Shown: positions 55,080 to 64,000 of the stretch, one piece after another | Position numbering within the stretch: the stretch's first letter is position 1 | Layout of the letters: each line of letters begins with the position of its first letter | The notes under the pieces: model-generated | Told to the model about the DNA's origin: nothing | Seen by the model: only the letters and a program-made list of their open reading frames with translations | Database searches by the model: none | Made by a program: the position numbers and the translations under genes | Assembly (NCBI GenBank): GCA_963779465.1 | Contig: CAVZYH010000004.1 | Coordinates: 395,075-459,074, forward strand | Length of the DNA stretch: 64,000 nt | Reading direction: 5' to 3' | Source: an uncultured Acidobacteriota bacterium | GTDB taxonomy: Bacteria; Acidobacteriota; Terriglobia; Acidiferrales; UBA7541

Positions 55080-57293
55080 TTACTCCGCGTCTACCACGCA
55101 GCGGAAACCGATCGTGCCGGAGCGATCGCGGCCGGGCGACATCAGCAAATATTTTTGATGTTGATCGAGGCGATAGGTCTGGGGGAAATACCAGACGGCG
55201 CCACGCGGTTGATAGGAAGCGCCGCCGCGGACGATGGCCGCCCGAGTGTGCTCGTCGCGGAATTCGTCCGTCCATTGCGAGATGTTGCCTTCGAGGTCGA
55301 GAACCTCGAAGGGACTGGCGCCTCTGACGTTCGCATCCACATTTGCCGGCGCGCGCATCACGCGAGCGTGATCGGCTGGCGGAACCGCTTGAGCATCCCA
55401 ATCGTTTCCCCAGGGGTACGTGCGGCCGTCGGTAGATTGCGCGGCGTATTGCCATTCCCAATCGTGAGGCAGGCGCTTGCCGGCCCATGCGGCGTAGGCG
55501 TGCGCGTCTTCGATAGCGACCCACGTTACTGGTTTCGCGGCCCAACCTTCGGGATACATTCCGTTCTTCCAATCGCGCAGAAAATTGTGATCGTCGGCCG
55601 GACGGTATTTAGTCGCGGCCAGGAATTCCTGAAACTGCTGATTGGTGACGGGCGTGCGGTCAATATAGAAGCTGGGGATGTGCACGCGTTTGCGGTGAAA
55701 ACGCCGCGGCGCATCTTCCCAGGGATACTGCACGTCCACGCCCGGATCATTGCCGCCTTCGATTTCGATTCCTTGCACGGCGAAATCGAAGTCTGCCTCA
55801 GGGATACGCAACATGCCCGGCGGAGCCGCCGCTGGGACTTTCGTCGGAGCGGAGGGAACCATGGTCTGCGGCACGAATTTCCACTGGCGTGAATATGCGG
55901 AAAGGGGCTGGGCGGAACGCGCGGCCATGTATTTGAGAAGGTCTTGCAATTCAGCGGTGGAGGCGGGATTTTCGGTGGTGGCCAGGACAGCGCCAAAGCC
56001 GAGCGCGTCTATCGAAAATGAGAGCGTCGCTGCAGTGCCATTCGCGCGCGGGACCAATTCGACTCCGCGCCACAAGTCGAAATAGCGCATGCCGGCTTGC
56101 ACGGGCACGCGAAGTTCTTCACCTGCAACGTCATATTCATTGCGATTCACAATCGTCCACAGCGTGGAATTCGACGTGGAGAACGAGCTGGCGAAGACGC
56201 CCACCTGCAGCGTCGGGACGTGCGGTTCCCATTCCGCGCTGGTGAGATTTTCCGGAAACGCGCGCTCGATTTTTGTGATGCGCAGGACCGTCTCTGCGTC
56301 GCGCGGCGTCATGCCGTACCAGAAGCCCCACAGATTTTCGAGCGTGGCGTAGCCTTCGCCATTGAAGAACGCGTGTTGCAGGCTGTCGGTTTTGTCGCGC
56401 GTGAAACGATCGTTCACGTTGACCGTGTGCCGCGACTCCAGCCATTTCACTTTGCTGACCATGGGGACGAAGGGATACGCCACGTCTTCCCAAGTCACCC
56501 AATCGTTCCAACTGATATTGCTCCAGGCAAATGATTCGTCGTGGATGGCGAATTGCGGCTCGAGCGCGAGGGGATGGCCGATCGCGTCGGACGCGGTGCG
56601 GAATTCCTTGGGCGGGCTTTCCAGAGTGTCGAAATTGATGCCGTCGGCGCCAATTTCCTTCAACAGCTGCGGGAAGACGGTGGAGGGGGGAGCGCCTTCA
56701 TCGCGAGTGCCTTTATCCCAGGCGAGAATCGGAAACATGACGCGCACGCCGCGGCGGTGAAACTGTTCAACTACCTGGCGCAACGCGGGAATTCCGCCGG
56801 GCAGGTCGCGCAGCAGGTCGAACTGGTTGCGGTCGTCCGCGCCGAGATTCGGATACCCCGGCCAAATCAGCACTACGTCAATCGGGCCGATGCGCCGCTC
56901 GAGGTCCGCGAGAAAAATGTCCACGGTGTATTCGCGTTTTTCAGGATCGTAGAACGAGCGATCCCAAACGAGCACCTGGCACTGAGAAACGACGTGTTGA
57001 GTCCAGGTGAGCTCGGGGCGGGTGTACAGTGAACCGTCGTAATGATATTCAGCCAAGCGGTCTTTGCGCCATTGCTTGATGCCGGCGAGCCATTGGGCGT
57101 TTTTTTCGGGACTTTCCGGGCCCGGGAGAAACACATCGCCCGGCGCAGCCACAGCGCCTAGATCCGGGGCACCGGGAGGCAACACCAGGCCGTGACGTGC
57201 CTTCCATTCGTCGGGAAAAACAGCGCAAGTACAGAGCAGCAGCATAAGACATGCCGCGAGCGCTTTGCGATGCGATCTGCGGGCCGGCATCAT
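55080..57293 (-). CDS. Secreted two-domain protein: N-terminal TIM-barrel glycoside-hydrolase-like domain + C-terminal FGE/SUMF1 (EgtB/PvdO-type) domain
   Basis: C-terminal FYIDRTPVTNQQFQEFL..., WAGKRLPHDWEWQYAA, YPWGN, GNISQWTDEF, GFRCVVD. N-terminal ...VVLIWPGYPNLGADDRNQF...RRGVRVMFPILAWD...GADGINFDT. ATG 57293 gives a signal peptide. Confidence 0.8.
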   Translation of the reverse strand: MMPARRSHRKALAACLMLLLCTCAVFPDEWKARHGLVLPPGAPDLGAVAAPGDVFLPGPESPEKNAQWLAGIKQWRKDRLAEYHYDGSLYTRPELTWTQHVVSQCQVLVWDRSFYDPEKREYTVDIFLADLERRIGPIDVVLIWPGYPNLGADDRNQFDLLRDLPGGIPALRQVVEQFHRRGVRVMFPILAWDKGTRDEGAPPSTVFPQLLKEIGADGINFDTLESPPKEFRTASDAIGHPLALEPQFAIHDESFAWSNISWNDWVTWEDVAYPFVPMVSKVKWLESRHTVNVNDRFTRDKTDSLQHAFFNGEGYATLENLWGFWYGMTPRDAETVLRITKIERAFPENLTSAEWEPHVPTLQVGVFASSFSTSNSTLWTIVNRNEYDVAGEELRVPVQAGMRYFDLWRGVELVPRANGTAATLSFSIDALGFGAVLATTENPASTAELQDLLKYMAARSAQPLSAYSRQWKFVPQTMVPSAPTKVPAAAPPGMLRIPEADFDFAVQGIEIEGGNDPGVDVQYPWEDAPRRFHRKRVHIPSFYIDRTPVTNQQFQEFLAATKYRPADDHNFLRDWKNGMYPEGWAAKPVTWVAIEDAHAYAAWAGKRLPHDWEWQYAAQSTDGRTYPWGNDWDAQAVPPADHARVMRAPANVDANVRGASPFEVLDLEGNISQWTDEFRDEHTRAAIVRGGASYQPRGAVWYFPQTYRLDQHQKYLLMSPGRDRSGTIGFRCVVDAE

Positions 57294-57422
57294 CGAGAGT
57301 GTCCTGGTGAAAATTCCCGGACCGGTGTGACGAAGCTGCCGCAGCCCAAGGTCACGGGACTGTATTCCCACCATTCGTTAATGTCAATTTGCCGAAGATA
57401 AAGCTCGCCGCAATGACGTAAT

Positions 57423-58742
57423 TTAAACCGCGACGGCGGATTTCGCGCCGAAGACACGCTGGAAGATGGCGTCCACGGCGCGCAGCTGGCGATGCAGATC
57501 GAAGGTGTGCGCGAGCGCTTGCTGGTCCAAAAATTTACGGATGCCGGCATCGGCCGCGACGCGATCCTGGAAGCTGGTTTCGGATTCCCAGGCGGCCATG
57601 GCGTGGGCTTGCACCCATTTGTACGCGTCTTCGCGCGGGGCGCCATGCTCGACCAAATCCTGCAGCAGTTGCCCGGAATAAACCAGGCCCTGCGTGGCGT
57701 TTAGATTGCGCAACATGCGTTCGGGAAACACTTTCATGTTCGTGACGATTTCGGTCGTACGATGGAGCATGTAGTCCGCCAGGATCGTGGAGTCGGGAAG
57801 AATCACGCGTTCGACGGAGCTGTGCGAAATATCGCGTTCGTGCCACAGCGCGACATTTTCCAGGGCTGCGAGCGAATTCGCGCGCACCACGCGGGCCAAG
57901 CCGCAGATTTGTTCGCTGGAGACGGGATTGCGTTTGTGCGGCATGGCGGAACTGCCGCGCTGTTCTCCACCAAACGGCTCTTCTACTTCGCGGACTTCAG
58001 TGCGTTGCAGGTGGCGAATCTCCTGCGCGATGCGTTCGAGGGATGCGGCCACGACGGCCAGCGTGGTCAAGTATTGTGCGTGGCGGTCGCGTTCGATTAC
58101 CTGCGAAGTGATTGGCGCAGTCGCCAGACCCAGCCGATGACACATTTTCTCTTCGATCTCCGGACCTAGATGTGTGCAAGTGCCTACCGCGCCGGAGATT
58201 TTGCCGACGGCCAATTGTTGTGCGGCGACCTGAAAGCGCGCGAGATCGCGGCGATTTTCTGCGTACCAATTCGCGATCTTCAGGCCGAAAGTAATCGGCT
58301 CCGCATGAACTCCGTGCGTGCGGCCAATTTCCGGCGTGTCTTTGAATTCCCAGGCGCGCCGCTCCAGCACTTCGCCGAGGGCTTCGATTTTTTTCTCGAT
58401 CAGGTGAGATGCTTCGCGGATGAGTAGCCCTTGCGCGGTGTCCACCACGTCGTTAGATGTGAGGCCGTAATGCAGCCAGCGCGCGGCTTCCGGATCCGCG
58501 ACGGACTCCTGCACGGCAATCGTGAAGGCAATCACGTCGTGGCGAACTTTGGCTTCGATTTCGTTGATGCGCGCGACATCTATGCGAGCGCGCTGGCGCA
58601 ATTTCGCGGCGGCCTCGCGCGGCACCACACCTGCTTCAGCGAGGGTTTCGCTCGCGGCCAGCTCGACTTCCAGCCACTTCTGAAAGCGGTTCTCTTCACT
58701 CCAGACGCGGCCCATTTCCGGGCGGGTATAACGTGCGATCAA
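57423..58742 (-). CDS. purB: Adenylosuccinate lyase
   Basis: MIARYTRPEMGRVWSEENRF N-terminus (TTG start, AGGAG 6 nt upstream). Fumarate-lyase signature region GSSAMPHKRNP. Confidence 0.95.
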   Translation of the reverse strand: MIARYTRPEMGRVWSEENRFQKWLEVELAASETLAEAGVVPREAAAKLRQRARIDVARINEIEAKVRHDVIAFTIAVQESVADPEAARWLHYGLTSNDVVDTAQGLLIREASHLIEKKIEALGEVLERRAWEFKDTPEIGRTHGVHAEPITFGLKIANWYAENRRDLARFQVAAQQLAVGKISGAVGTCTHLGPEIEEKMCHRLGLATAPITSQVIERDRHAQYLTTLAVVAASLERIAQEIRHLQRTEVREVEEPFGGEQRGSSAMPHKRNPVSSEQICGLARVVRANSLAALENVALWHERDISHSSVERVILPDSTILADYMLHRTTEIVTNMKVFPERMLRNLNATQGLVYSGQLLQDLVEHGAPREDAYKWVQAHAMAAWESETSFQDRVAADAGIRKFLDQQALAHTFDLHRQLRAVDAIFQRVFGAKSAVAV

Positions 58743-58987
58743 TCCTGGCTCCTAAGGCATTCGCTCGTTCGGGAAAATCAGCAACGAACAAAAGGCCACG
58801 TGAAATCCAAACAAACGGCGAGGGGACTTCCCTGAACAATCATACCCGAAATTCAGCGGACGCGGGAAGCGTGCGGGCGAGCGGCTCTCGTCGACCACAA
58901 ACCGCATCGTTTCATGGGTTTGGCGGAATTAGACCGGCCGAACGACTTACTACACAGCAGGCCAAATTCAATCGGAGGAGCAAAACA

Positions 58988-59341
58988 ATGAAAGTGATGG
59001 TTTCCTGGTTCAGCGTAAATGATTTTGAAGGCGCGAAGAAGTTTTACGGCAACGTCCTCGGTCTGAAGAAAACGTTTGACGCGCCGCAGTGGGCGGAGTT
59101 CGCCGGTGCAGAAGGCGAAGAGAGCATCGGCGTAGCCGTCAATCCGCGTGCCGGCAAAGAGCCGGGAGCCACGATCGTGCTGCGAGTGGAAAACATCGAG
59201 CATGAACGCAAGCGCTTGGAAACGGCTGGCGTGAAGTTCGAGGGCAAGATCGAAGAAATTCCGGGCATCGTGAGGCTGACGACGTTTCGCGATCCTTCGG
59301 GCAACCGGTTGCAGCTGGCGCAACCGCTGATGCAGTCGTAG
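58988..59341 (+). CDS. VOC/glyoxalase-family small protein
   Basis: 117 aa from ATG 58988 (GGAGGAGC upstream). ...FYGNVLGLKKTFD... and ...FRDPSGNRLQLAQ are typical beta-alpha-beta-beta-beta module ends. Confidence 0.8.
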   Translation: MKVMVSWFSVNDFEGAKKFYGNVLGLKKTFDAPQWAEFAGAEGEESIGVAVNPRAGKEPGATIVLRVENIEHERKRLETAGVKFEGKIEEIPGIVRLTTFRDPSGNRLQLAQPLMQS

Positions 59342-59362
59342 TCCATCGCGGCACGGGAAGGA

Positions 59363-59401
59363 GCCGCGCCAGTTTTACTTCTCGTTGTAAACTGGCGCGG
59401 C
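59363..59401 (+). terminator. Hairpin terminator after the VOC gene
   Basis: 13-bp perfect stem GCCGCGCCAGTTT/AAACTGGCGCGGC (59363-59375 / 59389-59401) with a 13-nt loop. Lies 22 nt after the stop. Confidence 0.6.
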
Positions 59402-59426
59402 CCAATCATTTCTTAGGAGAGAACAC

Positions 59427-60272
59427 ATGGCTGTGCATCCGTTGCCGGAAATCGCGCTGCAGGAGGAAGTGCAGCTGGTGGAAAAAGCGAAGCAGGGAGA
59501 CAGCCTGGCGTTCGGATCGCTCGTGGAGCCATGGCGCAAGCCGCTCTTCGGCTACATCTATCGGATGGTGATGCTGCGGCAGGACGCCGAAGACTTGTTG
59601 CAGGACGTGCTGCTGCGCGTGCTGGAAGGCATACGGACGTATCGCGGCGAAGCACGATTCAAGAGCTGGCTCTTTGGCATCGCGACGCACGTTTGTCTGG
59701 ACCATTTGCGAGCGAAGAAGCGCTGGCGCGTGGAAGCGCAATTGATCGGTGAGAAGGAAGCCACGGCTGATCCACAGCAAGTCGAGGGGCTCACAGCATT
59801 GATGCGGCAGCCCGGGTTCAGCTTCGAAATCCGCGAACACATCGCGTTCTGTTTTTCGTGCATTGCGCGCACGTTGTCGCCGGAAGAACAGGCCGCACTG
59901 ATGCTGAAAGAAGTTCTGGGATTCACCGGGCAGGAAGCGGCCGGGATTCTGGGCGTTTCCGAGCCGGTGTTCCGCCACCGGCTTTCGGCGGCGCGCGCGA
60001 AGATGATCGAGGATTACGACGGGCTTTGCGCGCTGATCAACAAAACGGGACTGTGCTATCAGTGCAGCGCCCTGCAGCAAATCGCCAGCGAAGGGCATCG
60101 CGGCGCGAGCCTCGTGCAGATTGAAGTGGCACCGGGAATCGCGATGAATGCTGAAAACCTATTCGACGCGCGATTGGCAATTGTGCGCGACGCAGATCTG
60201 GCGACGGGAAGAACGCGCGGGGTGCACGATTTGTTCTATAGCAGTTTGGCGCGACGCGAAGAATCGCGCTAG
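59427..60272 (+). CDS. ECF-type sigma-70 factor with Cys-rich linker and about 88-aa C-terminal extension
   Basis: Region 2 (DAEDLLQDVLLRVL..., FKSWLFGIATHVCLDHLR) and region 4 (LSPEEQAALMLKEVLGFTGQEAAGILGVSEPVFRHRLSAARAKM). Extra motifs H138-x3-C-x2-C and C201-x8-C-x2-C. Confidence 0.9.
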   Translation: MAVHPLPEIALQEEVQLVEKAKQGDSLAFGSLVEPWRKPLFGYIYRMVMLRQDAEDLLQDVLLRVLEGIRTYRGEARFKSWLFGIATHVCLDHLRAKKRWRVEAQLIGEKEATADPQQVEGLTALMRQPGFSFEIREHIAFCFSCIARTLSPEEQAALMLKEVLGFTGQEAAGILGVSEPVFRHRLSAARAKMIEDYDGLCALINKTGLCYQCSALQQIASEGHRGASLVQIEVAPGIAMNAENLFDARLAIVRDADLATGRTRGVHDLFYSSLARREESR

Positions 60273-60303
60273 GCAGTGGAAACGCTCATTGGAAATGCAA
60301 CGA

Positions 60304-61167
60304 CTAGAGGTCGAAGGGGCCGAGCGGAATGCGTTGCGAAGCGACGTGCAGGGTGCCGCGAAAGGCGAATTCACCCGGGCGACGGCCGAGAGCTTCTTCA
60401 GCGCAGATACGAGCGAGATCGGGAGTGTTGTTCTGCTCGGAAACGTGCGCGAGGACCAGGTGACGCGCGCGTCCATCGAAAACTTCTGAATCGGCCAGAA
60501 ATTCGCTGACAATTGTGTTGGAAAGATGCCCGGTGCGGCTCATCACGCGCTGCTTGATGTACCAGGGGTAAGGGCCAACCTTCAGCATTTCCAGATCGTG
60601 ATTGGATTCCAGGATCAGGAAATCAGCTTCGCGCAGATGATGCTTCACTAGCTCAGGCATGTAGCCGAGGTCGGTGACGATGGCGACTTTTTTTCCGTTG
60701 GCGCAGAAAGCGTATCCCACAGGGTCCGCGGCATCGTGCGGAATCGTGAATGCCGTGATTTCGATATCCCCAATTACGAATTTAATCCCGGGGCGGATGT
60801 ATTTCACTGACTCGATTTTGGTTTTCGGGCCGTCGCCATACATTTTGCGGATTTCGCGGTGCGTCGGCTCGGTCAAGTAGGCGGTGCATTTCCATTCGCG
60901 GGACATCTGCGCGAGGGCAGTGCAGTGGTCACTGTGTTCGTGGGTAACGAGGATGCCGTCAACTTTTTCGGGGCGCGCGCGGCCAAGAGTTTCGAAGCGC
61001 CGCAACATTTCTTTTTTGCCGATGCCGGCGTCAATCAGGAGAGTCGTACACCCTGATTCGAGCAATGTGGAGTTGCCCGTGCTGCCCGACGCCAGAATGG
61101 ATACGCGGAACGAGATACGCTTCCCCCGCGAATCGCGTCCACAACGGCAAACAGTTGCGCGCGACAC
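60304..61167 (-). CDS. MBL-fold metallo-hydrolase
   Basis: ILASGSTGNSTLLE..LLIDAG and the HxHxDH motif VTHEHSDH. 5' end uncertain (GTG 61167). Confidence 0.85.
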   Translation of the reverse strand: MSRATVCRCGRDSRGKRISFRVSILASGSTGNSTLLESGCTTLLIDAGIGKKEMLRRFETLGRARPEKVDGILVTHEHSDHCTALAQMSREWKCTAYLTEPTHREIRKMYGDGPKTKIESVKYIRPGIKFVIGDIEITAFTIPHDAADPVGYAFCANGKKVAIVTDLGYMPELVKHHLREADFLILESNHDLEMLKVGPYPWYIKQRVMSRTGHLSNTIVSEFLADSEVFDGRARHLVLAHVSEQNNTPDLARICAEEALGRRPGEFAFRGTLHVASQRIPLGPFDL

Positions 61168-61277
61168 CGCAATGGGATGATGGCAAAGTGCTGCGCTGGC
61201 GTCAATCAGAAGTCGCGCAAGAGAAACTAGGCCGCGCCTGTTCTGTTGGAATTGATGCTAGTTAGGACTTTAGAAAA

Positions 61278-62573
61278 TCAAATGGCCAGATGATCTTGGG
61301 TGAGTTGGAAGCCGTTGAGGTTGCCGACGACGGAGGCTGCCATGCGGCCGGGCTGGAAGAATTCCCGGGCGAGTTGCTGGACGTCCTCCACGGTGACGCT
61401 TTCGAGCAGTGCGATTAGGTCTTGCGCGGTGAAGTGGCGTTTGAAGTACATGTGATAGCGCGCCAGGCTGTTCATGCGCTGGCCGCTGCCTTCGAGAGCG
61501 AGCAACGTGGCGCCCTTCAGGTGGTCCTTCGCGCGACGCAATTCCTCGGTACTGAGCGGTTCATCGCGCAGGCGGCGGAATTCATCGAGCACGGAGCGGA
61601 CCAGCTGCGAAGCAGTGTCCAGCGAAGTGCCGGCGTAAACCGAAAGCGCACCGGCGTCGCGATAGGAATTGAGCTCGCTGAAGATCGCGTAGGCAAGGCC
61701 CTGGCGCTCGCGAATATTCTGGAACAGGCGCGAAGACATGCCGCCGCCGAGAACGTTGTTGAGCACCGCGACGCCGAAGCGGCGGCGATCGGTCATGGGC
61801 AACGCCGGGACGCCCATGCAGATGTGAACCTGCTCGAGCTCGTGCTTGGTGCGCAAAGTGACGTGCGAAGCGGCCTGCGGCGTGGCTTCCGCGGCGTCTG
61901 CGCCGGCTGAAGTGCCTTTTGCGAAGCGCTCTGAAACCAGTTCCACCAATTGCGCGTGCGTCAGATGGCCGGCAGCAGTAATGACCATATTGTTCGGCGC
62001 GTATCGCTGCTTGAACCAGGTACGCAGCGTATCGCGGCTGAAGGCGGAGACAGTTTCCGGCGTACCCAGAATTGGTTTGCCGAGCGCATGCGGCGCCCAA
62101 AAATTCTGGGTAAAGAGCTCGTGGACCAAATCCTCAGGATTGTCCTGAGTCATGCGAATTTCTTCGAGGATGACGGATTTTTCGCGGTCTATTTCGTCTT
62201 CGGCGAATTTCGGATCCAGAACCATGTCCGCCAGCACGTCGAAAGCCTTCGGCAGGTGTTCATCCAGGACGCGTGTATTGAAGCAAACCATTTCTTTGGA
62301 AGTGAAAGCATCGAGCATTCCGCCAACGCTGTCCACCTCACGCGCGATATCTTCGGCGGTGCGCCGCGTGGTGCCTTTGAAAACCATGTGCTCGATGAAA
62401 TGCGAAATGCCGTTCAGGCCGGACGGTTCGCAGCGTGAGCCGGTGCGGAGCCAGATGCCCACGGAAACCGAGTGTACGTGCTCCATCGGCTCGGTGATGA
62501 CGACAAGTCCGTTCGGAAGGGTGTCCGTCTGGACACTATGATTTGTGTCGGGCATGTTGTTGTCTGATTCCAT
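61278..62573 (-). CDS. M16-family (pitrilysin/insulinase-like) zinc peptidase
   Basis: Inverted zinc motif HFIEHMVFKGT followed by a downstream Glu region. 431 aa, two-lobed length. Confidence 0.9.
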   Translation of the reverse strand: MESDNNMPDTNHSVQTDTLPNGLVVITEPMEHVHSVSVGIWLRTGSRCEPSGLNGISHFIEHMVFKGTTRRTAEDIAREVDSVGGMLDAFTSKEMVCFNTRVLDEHLPKAFDVLADMVLDPKFAEDEIDREKSVILEEIRMTQDNPEDLVHELFTQNFWAPHALGKPILGTPETVSAFSRDTLRTWFKQRYAPNNMVITAAGHLTHAQLVELVSERFAKGTSAGADAAEATPQAASHVTLRTKHELEQVHICMGVPALPMTDRRRFGVAVLNNVLGGGMSSRLFQNIRERQGLAYAIFSELNSYRDAGALSVYAGTSLDTASQLVRSVLDEFRRLRDEPLSTEELRRAKDHLKGATLLALEGSGQRMNSLARYHMYFKRHFTAQDLIALLESVTVEDVQQLAREFFQPGRMAASVVGNLNGFQLTQDHLAI

Positions 62574-62707
62574 TGTGGCACGGTGGGGCCATAAATGTCA
62601 TGGATGCGACGATTGTTTTATTGCGCAATGTGAACCTTGCAAAAGCGCGGAAACCAGCGACAGCCATGGCGCGTTCGACGCGAAAAGCCGGTTCCGCGTT
62701 GGTGAAC

Positions 62708-63322
62708 CTAGATCAGTTTTTCGTCCGGTGAGAGCTTTCCGTATTCGCTCGAATAGTGCAGCGGGACATCGGCATACGCGCCTTTATCAATGGAATACAC
62801 TTCGCAGGAATCGTACGGGTAAGAATAAATGTGCACGCTGGTGGCAGGCAGATTGTATTCCTGCAAATTCTGCACCTGGTGCACCGGCTCTTCGGGACGC
62901 ACGACGGCGGGATGAGTGGGATCCATGATGTAAGAATCGGAAGGGATCAGTTTACAGCTGCCGCGCGCTGCATCTTGATCCTCCACGCGGAAATTCTGCA
63001 CGCGCAGGCGACCGATGGGCGTAACCATCCAGCAATTCTGGCCGCGATGATTGTGAATGCGGCTCACCTGGCCTACATTCCAGCAGATCGCCAGGATTTC
63101 GAAAAGCTTGCATTTGTGGATCAGGTTCCGGGTGTAGTGGCTATTGGCGTAGAAGATGTAGGGAGTCAGAGTCTCGGGCTGGATGGCTTTCTGCTCGGTA
63201 AATTCCAGCACGCGGGGAATAGTGAATTCCTTTTCGGGGATGGCGCCGAGCTGCTTCACCCATTCATCAATGGTGAGCGATTCCATCGGCTTTTTATTTT
63301 GCGCTGAGGTTAGAGTGCTCAT
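62708..63322 (-). CDS. Cysteine dioxygenase type I-like cupin
   Basis: ...ILAICWNVGQVSRIHNHRGQNCWM... (cupin motif 1 with His ligands) and ...ATSVHIYSYPYDSCEVY (motif 2). Confidence 0.85.
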   Translation of the reverse strand: MSTLTSAQNKKPMESLTIDEWVKQLGAIPEKEFTIPRVLEFTEQKAIQPETLTPYIFYANSHYTRNLIHKCKLFEILAICWNVGQVSRIHNHRGQNCWMVTPIGRLRVQNFRVEDQDAARGSCKLIPSDSYIMDPTHPAVVRPEEPVHQVQNLQEYNLPATSVHIYSYPYDSCEVYSIDKGAYADVPLHYSSEYGKLSPDEKLI

Positions 63323-63436
63323 CGGCGCGCCTCCTGGTGCGTCTGCGTACGATTGGGAAACACCTTATTATATCGCCGCGCGACTGCGATGGCGGCAGAA
63401 AATCAGCGCGCGGCCGCGTGTTATCATGATTGTAAG

Positions 63437-64000
63437 ATGCCTGCGAACGATAGCCGCCTTCCGGTGAACCTGCTCGGCCAGTCGGCGGAAGAACTGCGCG
63501 CGTTCATGCAGTCGCTAGGCGAACCGGCGTACCGCGGCGCGCAGATTTACCGCGCGCTGTATGCCGAGCGGCGATTTGACCTCGCGAAAATGAGTAATTT
63601 GCCGCTGGCGCTGCGCGAGCGGCTGGTGCGAGAGGCATGCATTGCGCTGCCGCAGATCGTGCGGCGGTACCGGTCCGGCGACGGCACGGTGCGTTACGTA
63701 TTGGCTCTGCCAGCGGCAGAATCCGGCAGCGGCGCAAATCTTACGAAGCCCGCGACGGTAGAGGTGGTTTTCATGCCGGAAGAAAATCGCCAGACGATTT
63801 GCATTTCCACGCAGGCTGGTTGCGCCGTGGATTGCCATTTTTGCCTGACGGCAACGCTGGGGCTGATCCGCAATCTCACCTCGGGGGAGATCATTGGGCA
63901 AGTGCTGATTGCCTTGGAAGAAAATCGCGCTACGCTGAAGCCGCAGACGAACGTGGTGCTGATGGGTCAAGGCGAACCCTTGTTGAATTACGAGCCTGTG
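63437..64000 (+). CDS. rlmN: 23S rRNA/tRNA (adenine-C2)-methyltransferase RlmN, radical SAM (5' part; runs off the right edge)
   Basis: Not in the track (no stop). ATG at 63437. ...GEPAYRGAQIYRALY..., radical-SAM CAVDCHFC (Cx3Cx2C), ...NVVLMGQGEPLLNY. Confidence 0.9.
   Translation, partial: MPANDSRLPVNLLGQSAEELRAFMQSLGEPAYRGAQIYRALYAERRFDLAKMSNLPLALRERLVREACIALPQIVRRYRSGDGTVRYVLALPAAESGSGANLTKPATVEVVFMPEENRQTICISTQAGCAVDCHFCLTATLGLIRNLTSGEIIGQVLIALEENRATLKPQTNVVLMGQGEPLLNYEPV

Overview
This is a 64-kb GC-rich chromosomal segment (about 58-60 % G+C by eye, not computed), densely coding on both strands. All family calls come from remembered motifs plus my own translation of frames missing from the ORF track; no searches were run. 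I support about 52 protein-coding genes (two run off the window edges) and one probable pseudogene. I found no rRNA or tRNA genes, no CRISPR array, and no transposase, integrase or phage genes. The gene repertoire and the GTAG-headed intergenic hairpin repeats look like a soil Acidobacteriota-type genome, but that is inference only.

Gene content, left to right:
- PqqC/TenA-like gene (partial).
- Co-directional string: GntR(YtrA), ABC ATPase, permease, NarL-type kinase, response regulator, FG-GAP protein.
- Minus-strand secreted redox cluster: HTH-TPR regulator, 3 x 59-bp tandem repeat, beta-barrel OMP, cytochrome c, enlarged di-haem peroxidase, TAT ferritin-like protein.
- GH39 and an SPFH protein.
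- Copper module (multicopper oxidase + TolC-like OMP) behind a 746-bp gene-poor gap.
- Acetate kinase-phosphoketolase; pcm + GT2; DUF2059 + modABC.
- Omp85, SurA-like chaperone, TamB; ThiF/MoeB.
- CPA2 antiporter fused to PTS-EIIA; C45/PLB-like Ntn hydrolase.
- ParDE module whose toxin is cut by an in-frame stop.
- Processive GT2; DEAD-box helicase; cytochrome c-PQQ dehydrogenase fusion.
- Spy-like / Gly-rich / TPR-double-retropepsin trio.
- efp; GH-like-FGE fusion; purB; VOC protein; Cys-rich ECF sigma; MBL hydrolase; M16 peptidase; cysteine dioxygenase; rlmN (partial).

I do not see a clear-cut novel multi-gene system; nothing resembles a defence island or a biosynthetic cluster. The best leads are:
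- the repeat-fronted OMP/cytochrome/peroxidase/ferritin-like cluster;
- the truncated ParE toxin;
- the REP-like GTAG-hairpin family;
- the Cys-rich ECF sigma factor with no partner gene;
- an EF-P with a non-canonical loop tip;
- the unexplained 746-bp gap upstream of the copper genes.
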